A DNA stretch of 38,182 nt from Phoronis australis (GCA_002633005.1 NMRA01000471.1:1-38182), one strand, 5' to 3'; shown: positions 23,711 through 36,935, counted from the first letter of the stretch. A program made the numbers and translations. Notes: generated by a model from the sequence alone, not told the origin.

Positions 23711-24235
23711 ATTGTTGTGTAGCCATCTCTGCAAAGAAGGCTGAATGAATTGAATGAATACCTGTATCTGTGTGTCATTGTATTTGCTCCTGTAACAATC
23801 AGGGTTGGTAAACAGTTTTGGACAACTGTTGGAGTTAATAGAATGGGGAAGTCCAATTCACAAGGTTCGCCTGAAAATTCTTTGTATTTGAAATTTTTTA
23901 TTGAAGAAGTGGTCAAGTGCTTACAAATGTCAATCACTGTTTTTATTTGTGTTATACATTTCTGTGGTCATCAAGGTTTAAAAGTGTAATATTATCTTTT
24001 GATGATATTAAAGAAGTGGGACATTTAGTTGCAGGGTGTTCACTTCCCTCCTGACTGGTTAAACTTGTAATACAAGAAAATGATCATAACAAGAAATGCC
24101 TTTTCTTTTGTCCTTTACAATGTTCGTTACTCACAAAAGGTGTCACTTGTATCTGTGAAGAAATGGCCAGTAAGCAACCTGTCTTTGCCTGGGCCATCGT
24201 GTGCATTGGTAATACTAATGTTCTGTGATTTGCAG

Positions 24236-24305
24236 GATATCAGCAGACGACCCTCTACAAGAAAGAACCCGTCATTAAACAGTGGACCTGCTGTTAAGAA
24301 AAAAG
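24236..24305 (+). CDS. Second coding exon of the same gene (DISRRPSTRKNPSLNSGPAVKKK), 70 nt
   Basis: Branch-like ctaat and acceptor gatttgcag; only frame 0 is open, matching the previous phase-0 donor; donor AAG|GTAAAA (phase 1). Confidence 0.7.
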
Positions 24306-24586
24306 GTAAAATTCAATTATGTTGTGTTACTCAGAATGTAAATGCTTACACTGTTTGGAGAGTGAGGTGAGGTGTCTTTACCTGTTTGCCAGCATTGTAC
24401 TGACATTGTACAACATTTCTTGTTCAATGAGTATGAATGTATTACACTAAAGTTCACTTACCAGGCGGTCCACAAATACACAGCAAGATACAACAACACA
24501 ATGTATGTTGTTAATACATTACATGCATTTGCTCAAATGAGAAATAATGTACAGAGTGAGCCATGAAGCAAATACTCAAGTGACGA

Positions 24587-24730
24587 GCAGTGCGGTCGTG
24601 TGGACGTCAGGCAGTGTGGTCGTGTGGATGTTAGGCAGTGTGGTCATCTGGATGTCAGGCAGTGTGGTCATCTGGATGTCAGTCAGTGTGGTCGTGTGGA
24701 TGTTAGGCAGTGTGGCCGTGTGCATGTTAA
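24587..24730. repeat. 24-bp minisatellite, 6 copies
   Basis: Unit gcagtgtggtcgtgtggatgttag. Confidence 0.9.
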
Positions 24731-27700
24731 CCATCAAGGTAGTGAGTTTACAACTGGATCACACTCACTCCACTAGAATACGATAAACATTAAAATGTTA
24801 GCTATGTTATCTCAAAATTATTACAAAAATCTACCATACATATAAACCATGCAAACAACCAATTCAAGTGTCTGACAGATTAAAATGCCACTTTGCTTCC
24901 ATATTGCCTCCGAAGTCAAAGAAATTTTAATGTACCTACTCTATAATGTGCATCATTTTTGGCAAAATATTCTGTTGGCATCTGTCAGGGTGGTTGTTTT
25001 TTCTGTTCATTGTTGCAGGATTGGTTGTTATGAAAAGTATAGCATTTGTCATTCAGTCTAAATTCTAAAGGCTGTCACTCAACCTTTTGACAATGTTGTA
25101 TCACCACTTTGCTCAGACGCGGCGACATAGTAATACTGCGGCAACATTGTAATGCTGACGTGATTCTGTTACACAGGTGTCTTGGTGAGGTAATGACAAG
25201 CAACAGTAACTAGAAGTGGGTCCTGTTTTAAGGATATCTCAAACCTTATGGCCTGTTTACGTTACTTCATGTATGTCTAGCAAAATACCTTATCCTCATT
25301 CTGGGGGAACTTCAAATACGAAATGTATACCATGTAGTGAGAAAAAAGATTTAGCAGAGCCACCTTAGAATCGCACAGCTGCCTGTATATTTGTTCACTA
25401 CTTATCCGAGGTCAAAGGTTATGAGGCCGTCATTCAAATTGAATCTCCCGCCAGGCACAGAGCAGCTTCTTATGGAACTTCAGTCCTTTTATTCACCGAG
25501 TCACCATAATATTGCGTTAACGACGTGTACATATGATAGATGTTGGGAAACAAAGACAAAACGTAGCTTTGCCCCTGAGAGAGTTGTGTATCTGCATGCA
25601 TATGGCCGTTGAGAACGAATGCTACGAGTCACCTCTGGGACTTTGTGTTCACAAACACAGCAAGTTGTGAAAAGAGATAAATTGTCAACTAAATTCTTAA
25701 TTCAGGTAATCTGACATTTCGGTATTTCAATCTCATGCTCATGACGTGCTTTAACCACCTGGTTTCTGTATCCATTTCGTACTTGGGTTTCATATCAGTC
25801 ACCCATGACCTACTTTAAAGTGGACCACAATGCACCAGCTTGGCCCACTTGATATGTTGGCTCCACCCGTGGTCAAGTTGTACTCGATACATAGGTTTAA
25901 ATTAAATGTTTTTGTGATAATTAAAGTTATTTACGCACTGCAAATTCATATGGCATTGTGTATGAATGTTGAAATAATGAACGTGACTAAGGGGTGTATA
26001 TGTTACATTGTCCAAAAACAAGTTTTCACCGAATAATTAACCGAAGACCTTGAGACTTTCACCCCTCGTGATTTAATCGGCTTCGGCAAATCAACTGAAT
26101 TTGAACTTAGGAACACGAGTTCTAGGAAATGGCGTGTTGGATTTCGCTGAAACTTTCCTAACTTAATATTTATTCATCAATGTCACAAATGCTTTTAGGA
26201 TTTTTGATATAAAGGCCTAGTTTTTGCGTAATGAAACAAAGATGGATACAACTACTGTAACTTTCTTAAAAATGAAATTTTGACTTAAAAAGGTGTTAAC
26301 CTAATAAGGATATATGAATATAAAATATATTTTTATATTCCCTGATCTTTTTTCTTTCCGAAAATGTATACTTTTACTAGTTGACGAAGCCTAGTTTTTT
26401 CATATACAACTTACAATGGAGGCCACTGAACAAGGTTTGAGATACCCTTACAAGTTTAGTGTCTTTAGAGGTCTCAAATCGCGCTATAATACTTGTGATT
26501 CTGCGTACTCAGGCAACAGTTGTGAACGTCTTGCGTTGGTATTTAGACATGAAAATGTAAAAACTTTGCTAATTATATGCTTTACTAGCTGCTACCCGTG
26601 CTTTCTCACAGATAGTTACTGGTATAAGGGAAAGGCTGAGGGGAAATAGTTACACCTTCAAGCCAACAATTGGTTTTCATCGCAAGAGACCGTTTTATTT
26701 TAAAGCTTATATGAAAATTTCTGTAGGAACGTTGAGCTGCTGCGGGATTCTTTCCCCAGGCAGTACAAATATTTTTTCTTTCTAGAACATTTGACCCTGC
26801 CGTAACATAATGTACAATAATCTGCTATTCTTTAAAGTGAAAACTAAGGAAGCCATTGTACACAGAGCATATATACACTAATGTATTTACAAAAGTCACG
26901 TCATAAATGTACATATTAGAGGTAGAATGCCAGCTATAGCTATATGAATACCCTCGTCAACTTACAGCTTGGTAGCTGTGTGCTGAGCTCCGTCAGTCAC
27001 CGAAACTTCACACAACCGGGGTAGCTCAGCTTGTCACCTCGCCGTGAAACTCCTTATGTCAACATACAGAGCTAACGACCAGCTGGATGCATGCAGAATC
27101 TAAGAATCAACTGGCACTCACCTTGCCCGTTACATCCGTTTAAGTGAAAAACAATCTAATAAACTTCATTTTTGCGCAATTCTCCATCTTTTGTAACAAA
27201 GAAAAGTCCGTCGTCGTTTTGAAAACAATGCGCTTGTTACATGCTTGTGCGCCATTTCCTACTTAAATTTTGCAATATCTCTCGGTAGATGATGACAGCT
27301 TTGCAGCAAATTGGGTTTGCTGGTGTTGAAATACTAAAATCTTTTAACGAAATGAAACTAGTTCCGATTGTTATGACATGTACGCAGTCTCGTGGAAGAG
27401 AAGAACAATTGATTGAAGAATTGGCCAATAGGTGACGCAAAGCCGACCCAGAAGAGCCCACCACAGTTTTTGCACCAAAATAACGGTAGAACGTCAGTTT
27501 TACCAACATCGGTAAATAATAAAGTTTACTCAAGGTAAAGTTTAGTTTTTAATGGCATCATTAATTTTGGCGGCAAGAGGCCTGAAGAAATATATACGCG
27601 ATGGAAGCTGGAGGGAATGAAATTTAGCTGACAAACTGACATCACCCAGGCGGTTGAGCCGACGGACTGACGTCACCAAGGCCACTACGAAACTGGCCAC

Positions 27701-28796
27701 CATCCCTCCACGTCCGCGAAAAAACGGCCAGCGAGAAAAAATACCTCGAATCTAAGTAGAGGGCCGGTGCACTACCTGGGACCAAGGCAGTGCCGAAACA
27801 AGTGCAACGAAGGTCTGTGGTGGAGCGAGGGAGACTTGTCTGTTCAGCGTCTTTTCAAACATGTTTGAATGTCACTTATAATAAACATTTCCTTGATAAC
27901 ATCTCTCTGCATTTGTATGTCTGTGTTGTCATTGTGGTACAAATTGCATAATTTTGGGCAAAGTTATTAAATACACACTGAAATATATTAATGAAAAATC
28001 AAAAGAGTTTTGATTATAGAGAGCTTTTAAATTTTAAGGACTCAAAATTACGGACGCTAAATCTTTTGAAAGTTCTTTTACAAGACATCTTGCTGTTATT
28101 TAAAACCTGAGCTAACCTCAGCGTTGTCACGTTTATATCATTCACTCGGTCTGAAAGCTTGTTGATTTCCTTTAGTTTTAGCGCATAGTAATAGGAGGTA
28201 CTACTCGTTTCCATGGTAAACAATGCAACGTTTTCCCTTTCCGTTCTGCCCTCAAACTAAACAACACCTATGATCTTCACTGCTTATTAGTGACTTGCGA
28301 AACCCTAGAACCTGCTAAACTTTCTACTCTGCACAATATTGCACTTTATATTGTTGCGTGTGCCGCAGTTTGCCAGAGTTGGCAAGTATTGATTTTTGCT
28401 TCTTGTCTAGCAAGTAACTTAGTTTAGAAACTCTGTATAGTGCAATATCAGGTCCATCCCAGCTCATCTCAACAGGCGGCTGTCTGGCATTGTTCCCAGC
28501 TGATACTCGTCTTGTTTTAATGAAAGGTTAACAGCAGAAAGGTAGATATTCAAGAAGGTGTTTGGAAAGCTTTCAACATACCATAGTAGGGAAACCTCTG
28601 CAGGATATTACTTTGTGAAATAGGATGCAGACATTTGGTGTTGGATAATGTGTGGTAGTTCTGTATCAGGTTTTGTTCAGAACTGCAGATGTACACAGTA
28701 GCCAGGTCCTGGACAAGTGAAATGCTAATTCATAAAATTTCTCAGCAAAAAATGAAGACAAATTTGTTTGTAATTATTTTGGTTTGTTCGTTGTAG

Positions 28797-28813
28797 ATGT
28801 CACTAAACTAATG
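28797..28813 (+). CDS. Candidate 17-nt microexon (adds D-VTKLM)
   Basis: Acceptor ttttggtttgttcgttgtag; donor ATG|GTAAAG; open in phase 1, and 70+17 nt restores phase 0. Confidence 0.4.
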
Positions 28814-29671
28814 GTAAAGTTTCCGTTCTTTACTGCAATGTACTTAGCCTTACAAAAATAGAGAAAGTTATGGTTTCGACAGTACTCTTACTTCAGTGTG
28901 AAACCAGTGGAGTATCACCATGAGAATTGGGTCTTTTTCATTACAGAATAAAATTTAATTCTGTTTACTGCCCACTAAAGAGTATTAGTCTGTCACCTAG
29001 TCTTAATATTAGTATTAATGATGGCTTGTCATACAGTTTCATGTGTAAATGATCCTGTTTTGCGTTTACCATTTCTGATATTGATTTCACCGATGTTATC
29101 ATGTTTTTGTGGAAATGAAAAGGTCACAGTTTTCAGTTGTATTGTTCTCCACATTACCCATAATCCTTGTTTACCCAGTCTTGGGAATAATTATGAACAT
29201 TGGTATCATTTACTGTCATTAATTATTATTCATTAGATTAGATTGTGTAATGATATAAAGAATTTGAATCCGTACCAATTGTTCTCAGATCCGTCAGGTT
29301 TCCAAAAAAAATCCCAAAACACTTCACAATTCGGCGAAAACTTAGTAAAAAGTGTCCTTTTTCATTTTTCAAGGACTAATGAATAATGTTGTAATAGCTC
29401 ACAATTTTTCAAAATATTGTTTGTTTCCACTAGACAAGTAACCTATGAAGTAAAAAGATAGTGTGTGTGTGCTTTTCATCATACTATGGATTAATTATTG
29501 CCATGCATATTTTTTTTTGGAATATTAACTGACAATTGTTCAATTTTTCGTACTGCCATTTTTGTGTTCCACAAGAAATTTGTGGTCGCATGTATTGGTA
29601 AGCATCTGGTTCGTCCATTACCATCTTTGCTCGTCTTTATATTATCTTGATACTCACGTGGTGGTTCATCA

Positions 29672-30999
29672 TTTTTATGCGCCCACATATTTATATGTGG
29701 ACGCATTATGCCGTCATCTCCGTCCGTCCGTCCGGGCGGCGTCCGGCGTCTGGCGTCCGGCGTCCGCTGCTCTATCTCCAAAACCCTTTGACATACGTTC
29801 ATGAAATTTGGCACATATGTTCCATTCATGAATGGGACGGCATGTGCGAATTTTCGAACGGATCCGACTACCGGTGTGCCCCCTAGTGGCAATTTTAGTT
29901 TTTTACGCTTACCTTTGTATCTTCAAAAGTCCTGAACGGATTTTCATGAAATTTGGTATGTAGGCACCTATTAGTGAGATGACGCTATCCTGCCGTTTTC
30001 AGATGGATTCGACATAGTTTGCGCCACCTAGTGGCCATNNNNNNNNNNNNNNNNNNNNNNNNNNNNNNNNNNNNNNNNNNNNNNNNNNNNNNNNNNNNNN
30101 NNNNNNNNNNNNNNNNNNNNNNNNNNNNNNNNNNNNNNNNNNNNNNNNNNNNNNNNNNNNNNNNNNNNNNNNNNNNNNNNNNNNNNNNNNNNNNNNNNNN
30201 NNNNNNNNNNNNNNNNNNNNNNNNNNNNNNNNNNNNNNNNNNNNNNNNNNNNNNNNNNNNNNNNNNNNNNNNNNNNNNNNNNNNNNNNNNNNNNNNNNNN
30301 NNNNNNNNNNNNNNNNNNNNNNNNNNNNNNNNNNNNNNNNNNNNNNNNNNNNNNNNNNNNNNNNNNNNNNNNNNNNNNNNNNNNNNNNNNNNNNNNNNNN
30401 NNNNNNNNNNNNNNNNNNNNNNNNNNNNNNNNNNNNNNNNNNNNNNNNNNNNNNNNNNNNNNNNNNNNNNNNNNNNNNNNNNNNNNNNNNNNNNNNNNNN
30501 NNNNNNNNNNNNNNNNNNNNNNNNNNNNNNNNNNNNNNNNNNNNNNNNNNNNNNNNNNNNNNNNNNNNNNNNNNNNNNNNNNNNNNNNNNNNNNNNNNNN
30601 NNNNNNNNNNNNNNNNNNNNNNNNNNNNNNNNNNNNNNNNNNNNNNNNNNNNNNNNNNNNNNNNNNNNNNNNNNNNNNNNNNNNNNNNNNNNNNNNNNNN
30701 NNNNNNNNNNNNNNNNNNNNNNNNNNNNNNNNNNNNNNNNNNNNNNNNNNNNNNNNNNNNNNNNNNNNNNNNNNNNNNNNNNAACTGGTGTATAGGATGT
30801 GCTTGTATTATGAAGATTACTCACATTTTGCCCCTAGCCTATTGAGGAGACAATGACCATGCCTTTCCATTTTGCTAAGTACAACATACTACATATATGC
30901 CCTCTACTGGCCACTTTATGGTACCAATAAACAACCCTAGAAGGATACCGCATGCGGTGCAATTGTGGGCGCATTTCAACGCTCTGCGTTGCTCTTGTT
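29672..30999 (+). mobile_element. Non-autonomous Helentron (HINE/DINE-1-like), spanning the assembly gap
   Basis: 5' TTTTT, subTIR atgcgcccaca with local palindrome, (GTCC)n microsatellite, core repeats (catgaaatttgg, cc.ctagtggc), 3' subTIR tgtgggcgcat, hairpin caacgc-tct-gcgttg and TT end. Confidence 0.85.
30039..30782. other. Assembly gap (N run)
   Basis: N characters. Confidence 1.
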
Positions 31000-31900
31000 A
31001 TATTTGATACAGAATTGGGGGAAAAATACTGTCACAAGTTGTTTGACAGACAGATTTGACAACCATGGCCCCCTTTCTGGTGGTTGTTGATTTTGGAAAT
31101 TCCTTGTCCGTCAATTTTTTTGAAGTGCTGAGGAGAAGTTTTGGGGAAAGTTGAGTTAAAAGTATTTGGTGGGAATGCAGCATATGCTTTTCAAACGGAG
31201 CCAATTACCCTTACTGTACACTACCTGTTAAGAATTTTAGCCTTCGACCAGATTTCTTTGTCTGTCTATTATTGTCAAAAGGGCTTGCCAATTTTTAAGA
31301 AACTTGACCCAAAAATATGTACTGCCAATGGGCATACACAGGGAGCGGTTTTGGGGTAGAACTGCCAGTTATTGCTTGTCCATTGTCAAAACGATTTGAT
31401 AGATTTTGATGGAAGTTGTCACATTGCATTCTGGCTGAGATGCACCGACACCAGTTGATAACCAAAGTGGACTACTGTAGCATCCCCTGTTGGCCAGTTT
31501 AATTTATAAAAATATTGCTTGTCCATTTACTGGGTCAGAACGGTTCAACATATTCTTTGATGGATCTATACATTTACAGAGAAGTGTGAATGGTTGAAAT
31601 GTTCCATCTAGTACTAGGTGTTATATAGCTTCACCATCAGAATGGACAAGTTTGTCTAGTTGCAATACGTGATACAGGTGCAGAACTAACAAGCGCTGTT
31701 TGTGGTGTACTGGTAGGGACTAAGAGATTTAAGCTGAACAGGTGCGTATGGGGTTCTTGTTATGTTTGGTGTATAATTTGGGCCACTTTCTGTTAAGATT
31801 TTCAAAATTATTAAATTTGCTTCTGCGGTGTTCTGATTTAAGATGTGAAGCATAACATTGGGTGAATGAAGCTTTCTAATGCTTTAACCAACTTGTTTCT

Positions 31901-32550
31901 TGTGATACAAAATTGTGAATCTGCTACTGTGAGTGGTCCTGGCAGTACAACATTATGAATCTGCTACTGTTTGTGGTCCTGGTGATACAACACTGTGAAT
32001 CTGCTACTGTTTATGGTCCTGGTGATACAACATTGTGAATCTGCTACTCTGTGTGGTTTTGAATTTGCTACTGTGAGTGGTCCTGGTGATACAACATTGT
32101 GAATCTGCTACTGTGCGTGGTCCTGGGGATACAACACTGTGAATCTGCTACTGTTTGTGGTCCTGGTGATACAACATTGTGAATCTGCTACTGTGTGTGA
32201 CCCTGGCAATACAACATTATGAATCTGCTACTGTGAGTGATCTTGGTGGTATAACATTATGAATCTGTTAAGTACTATGAGTGGTCCTGGTGATACTACA
32301 CTGAGTCAGCTACTGTGAGTGGTCCTGTTGATACAACACTGAATTTGCTACTGTGAATGATCCTGGTGATACAACTGTGATGAATCTACTACTGTGAGTG
32401 GTCCTGGTGATACAACACTGTGAATCTGCTACTGTGAGTGATCCTGGTGATACAACTGTGAATCCACTACTGTGAGTGGTCCTGGTGATACAACACTGAA
32501 TCTGCTACTGTGAGTGGTCCTGGCAATACAACATTGTGAATCTGCTACTG
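31901..32550. repeat. ~40-bp minisatellite, about 16 diverged copies
   Basis: Unit tgtgaatctgctactgtgagtggtcctggtgatacaacat. Confidence 0.95.
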
Positions 32551-33078
32551 TGGTTGTGGAGTGCTTGGCAACATTAGCATGTGTCTGTTGCTGTTTTAAG
32601 TGGTTTAGCGATATTTAACAACATTTGTGCAGGTGCTTTTGTGAGAGCTGTCATGGAGTGAGTTTGGTGAATATATCCCAGTAATAGACAGCACTTATTA
32701 TTATGAAAGTTGTAATTAATTAGAGTCACAGCTGACTTGTTTCACGTTGGCTACTTCTTGTTATGTGTGAAAACAACTAATGTCAGTCTACTGCTGTTTA
32801 GGTGAAAGTTCTTAGTTTGTGGAAAGAAATAAACCCTTGTTTCACTTGTTTGGTAAAGTTTCCTTAACTTTGTATAAAAGTAATACTTTTTACAAACATG
32901 TAAAATTGAAGAGAAGACATTCATACCCACATACATAAGTACTTGCATACTTGTGGAGGGGGTCATTGACAACTAAAAAAATAAATTGAAATTGAAATGT
33001 TGCGAATTTCTCATATTGTTTTCCAAATCAGAGACAGTTTGTTCTACTTCTCTGTCGAGAGGTTTTATGATGACTCCT

Positions 33079-33589
33079 CAAGGCTTGGAATTTTCCACGG
33101 AAATGCGGATTTCCGCTTTTTTCAAATGTTCTGTCTGCGCATTTTATTATATTTCCGCGTAAAAAAAAATCGAATTTGATATGAAATTTCCGCGGCAAAT
33201 TCCTTTCTTACCACGGCGTTGCCGACGACGTTCACCTCGAAAAGCGGAAGTTGCTCTTTATCTTTCGGAGGAACGTAAATTGTCAACATTGCCGGGGCAT
33301 CTGGGAGAACGCGGTGGGATTTTCAATCAATGGCGTCTCGTGTGATTGTAAACCGCGGTGACAAATACTACGGCTCTGCAGCCAAAATGTTTGGGGGTGG
33401 GAGTGGAGGAGTGGATGGACGAGATAAAAAGACGCAGACGCATGCTACTGATGGTGGTAACGTTTTTTTTTAGTCCTCTCGATTTTTGTCGGCGAAAGGT
33501 TCACATCGACTATTGCAAGGCTGGGTAGGGCGCATATTTTGGGCCGTAAAAGTTTCCGCGTTTTTTGTCATTGGTCATTCCAAGCCCTG
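33079..33589. mobile_element. hAT- or P-like MITE, TIR CAGGGCTTGGAAT
   Basis: caaggcttggaat...attccaagccctg, with ctcct duplicated on both flanks; CpG-rich interior against CpG-poor surroundings. Confidence 0.75.
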
Positions 33590-33769
33590 CTCCTGAAGGA
33601 ACATTCATCTTATTCTTTATGAATACCATCAAGTGAGATTTAACTATTTGTTAAAGGATGTTTTAAAATGGGAGAGGTCTACACTTGTGAATTATGAACT
33701 ACAATATAAACTGCAACAGGCTCATCCCATATTGAACTACAGTTTCCATGAAAGAAGACAAATGCATGT

Positions 33770-35812
33770 TATGAGTGACAAAGTTGTGTGTAAGGATAAG
33801 GCTCTCAGTTAATGGCTTTACAACGGAGTGGCAACCTTTGCAGAAGGGGATCGTGACAGGGTGCACAATTTCTATAATTCTGTTTGTGATGGCCATGAAT
33901 GTTATGATTAAGCGAGCATCCAAAGGGTGGAGGGGACCTTTATTGCAGAACAAGCATTTACCAAGTTGTCGTGCATATGTGAATGATCTCAGTTAAAACT
34001 CAGTCGGCATTAGGGGCAGGCCAGTTTCTAAAAGCCTTGGGTGATCTACTCTATTGGGCTCGCATGGCGTTTAAGGTAGCAAAATCCAGGAGTTTAGTGC
34101 TGGTTCGAGGGAAGATTAACCCACATTTCGCTTTAAGGTGGATGAAGATGTGATACCTTTGGTGTCTTACAAATCAGGGAAGTATCTGGGTAAAGATTAT
34201 GACAGCACATTGAAGGTACATTGAACGCACATTGAAGGATTGAGGCAGCACTGGAAAGTTTACAGGAAAATGTTCGGAAGATCGATAAGTGTGGATTACG
34301 TGGTTGCTTTAAGGTGTGGTGTTACCAGTTTGGTCTATTTCCACACGTCATGTGACCATTGGCAGTGTATGATCTACCTATTACAGCAGTGGAGAGAATG
34401 GAGCGCTTGGTCCGCCACTGGCTGCGTAAGTGGTTAGGCATCCCCTCAAGTTTCACCAGGTTGGGCCTGTACATGAGGTCTTCAGCAGTACACCTACCTA
34501 CACTATGTTGGGCCTGTACATAAGGTCTTCAGCAGTACACCTACCTACACTATGTTGGGCCTGTACATGAGGTCTTCAGCAGTAAACCTACCTACACGAT
34601 CTATTGTGGAAAAGTTTAAAGTCATTAAGAGCAGGTCTTTCCTGACTTAGAGGGACTCAAAAGATGAAGATATCTGCGGTGTAAAGATTGATGTTTCTGC
34701 AGGAAGAGATTGGAGCCCAGAGGAGGAAGTAGCATCAGCAGAGAGCAGGCTTCACCATAAAGATTTGGTAGGGATAGTTTCCCCGAGGATGTGAAGGCCT
34801 TGGTATCAGACCGTTTAAGAGGTGGAAGACAATTAGAGGGAAAGATCATCGTAAGAGGAAGTGCGTCACCAGAAAGAGGAGAAGCGCTTTCTCATACTGT
34901 GGGCTTGAGAAAGCAAGGTGCCTGGACTTCATGGAAAGGAGTTCACAGTAGGCGTATTACAGCGAACGACCTAATTTCGTGTGATCAGTGCAGATTAAGT
35001 TTTCTCTTGCGTCCTGTGTATGATGTACTCCCTAGCCCGACAAACCTGAAGTTGTGAGGAAAGATTGAAGACGATTCTTGTGGCAAATTCTGCACTTTAG
35101 AACACATTTTGTCATCTTGTTAGTTGGCTTTGGCGGAAGGCAAATATAAGTGGAGACATGGTACGATTCTTAAGGCGATTGTTCATATTTTGGACCTAGA
35201 AAGAAGGAAGGTAGTTACCAACACTGACAACCCGTTAATATCATTTTGCAGAGAGGGAGCATCTGGGAAGAGGAGAGATGCAGGTGCATTGACTACAGCG
35301 GGCAATTGGAATATGGTTGGGGATGTAGGACCATTGGCGGTATTCCCGAGCCATATAGTGATGACGACACTGCGGCCTGACTTGGTGTTATGGTCAGATG
35401 GTACGAAGATGGTCATTATAGTAGAACTCACAGTACCATGGGAATCCCGAATGATAGAGTCCAACGAGAGGAAAAGGCATTAATACGCGGAACTTTCCCA
35501 TGATTGTTTGTAGCTGGTTGGAAGTGTTTTTGTATGCCAGTTGAAGTAGGATGCAGAGGTTTCATCGGGCGCAGCATGTGGAGGTTAATGAAGTTCCTAG
35601 GTATCAGCACAGTGCCAAGGAAGAATTTGGTGTAGACAGTGATGAGATCAGCTGAAGAGGCATCGTCATGGCTATGGTTACAGTGAGACAGCAGGTGGCA
35701 CTTCAAGTAATTACCGAAGCCTGATCAACTTCGGCGTCTGGCATCCGAGATGATTCTAGATTAGGGGGTCAAAATTATCAATCAGGATGCATTCTAGTTG
35801 ATGACAGCACTT
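33770..35812 (+). mobile_element. 5'-truncated, decayed non-LTR retrotransposon with restriction-like endonuclease (Hero-like clade)
   Basis: WQPLQKGIVTGCTISIILFVMAM, RAYVNDL, AKSRSLVL, KYLGK, KWLGIPSS, QGAWTSW, VYDVLPSPTNLKL, LEHILSSC, GKYKWRH, LRPDLVLWS..IVELTVPWE, PVEVGCRGF, AEEASSWLW; many stops and frameshifts. Confidence 0.92.
34460..34600. repeat. 47-bp triplication inside the Hero-like element
   Basis: gttgggcctgtacat.aggtcttcagcagta.acctacctacac.at at 34460, 34507 and 34554. Confidence 0.95.
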
Positions 35813-36935
35813 GGAGAGGCGACACACAACTATGTTTCAGGTAATTTTGAAGGTCAGTCAAAATCTGAACATGTGCCATTTTCCCTCTAAAAACTCCAGT
35901 ATAAGCAGTGGTCTACACTTCAAGCTTATCAGTGTTGGGATCGGTTGTAAAGCCTGTATACACCAGGATGACTTACAGACTAATGGCTATAGTGTTAGCA
36001 TTTTGCACTATTTTGTCAGCATTTTGTACTATTCTGTCTCAAGTTTTCACTTCTGTGTGGCAGGGTCAAACAATTTGATGAAATGTACAATTTTGTGATG
36101 GCTTATTTATGAACTGAAAATGGCTGTCATTGTTGGCATTAAAGTGGACACCCCTTCATCCAAGAGTTGTTCTGTGACATCATGGCGACCTCAAGGAACT
36201 TTTAAAATGTCCCATACAGCTCGATGTAGGGTTAAAAGTCTCCTATTTGGAGCAGTCTGTAGAATTTGGGACCTGTAATTTCCTGCAGAAATTGAAGCAT
36301 CTTCATTTTATGAGGTGTTGGCCTACGCTGTTTACTGACGTGTGTATTACATAAAAGTTTGTTAGAAAAGGTTTACACGAAATGGAATAAAGTGGTAAAA
36401 ATCTGACTGTCGTGGCTTAGTTTTTGCAGGGTATTTTAAACAGACCAAGTTTGACATAATCAACAAACCAGTCATTACTTTCAGTTGCAGCTATACGCTG
36501 CTAGATTACTCCACTAGAACTGCTTGTATGTAGAATTAGAAAGTTGTCAGTGAGTTAGGTCATTGCCTACGATGTGATGTAATTATGTCAATGTGAATAA
36601 TTAAAGTGTTTACTGAAGGTAACCTGTTGCACATAAATGCTCTGTGTTGATTATGCATATTGATTCACTTCCTTTGAAGTGATGATGTCTAATAATCATC
36701 CTTTCCTAACTGTGTTTTGATTACCATCTTTCATTCCCTATGTTGTTACTGTCCATATGCACAGAATTTATCAAAGCTGATGATATATGTTGCTAAAGCC
36801 ATCATATGTAGGATGTACCGTATGTTGCACTGGATGTATTGTTTTGGTACTTATCCTTTTATCGCAAGGAGAGAGATTGGCAGGGTGTGTGTGGGGGGGG
36901 TGCTGTTATGTAATCCAGGCCAACATAGTGCTGGG

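Noticed and set aside
24080-24370. 96-aa ORF as a standalone CDS
   Set aside because: Only 24236-24305 is bounded by splice sites; the rest is intron-like.
25200-28000. Composite of probable DNA-transposon/Helentron remnants (aactaga.., ttaaagtggacc.., actagctgctacccg..) with a short plus-strand frame near 27288-27435
   Set aside because: I could not pair ends or recognise a protein motif; this needs RepeatModeler/RepeatMasker and BLASTX.
29985-30824. Long ORFs of 258 and 279 aa (and 9379-9576)
   Set aside because: Artefacts of N runs.
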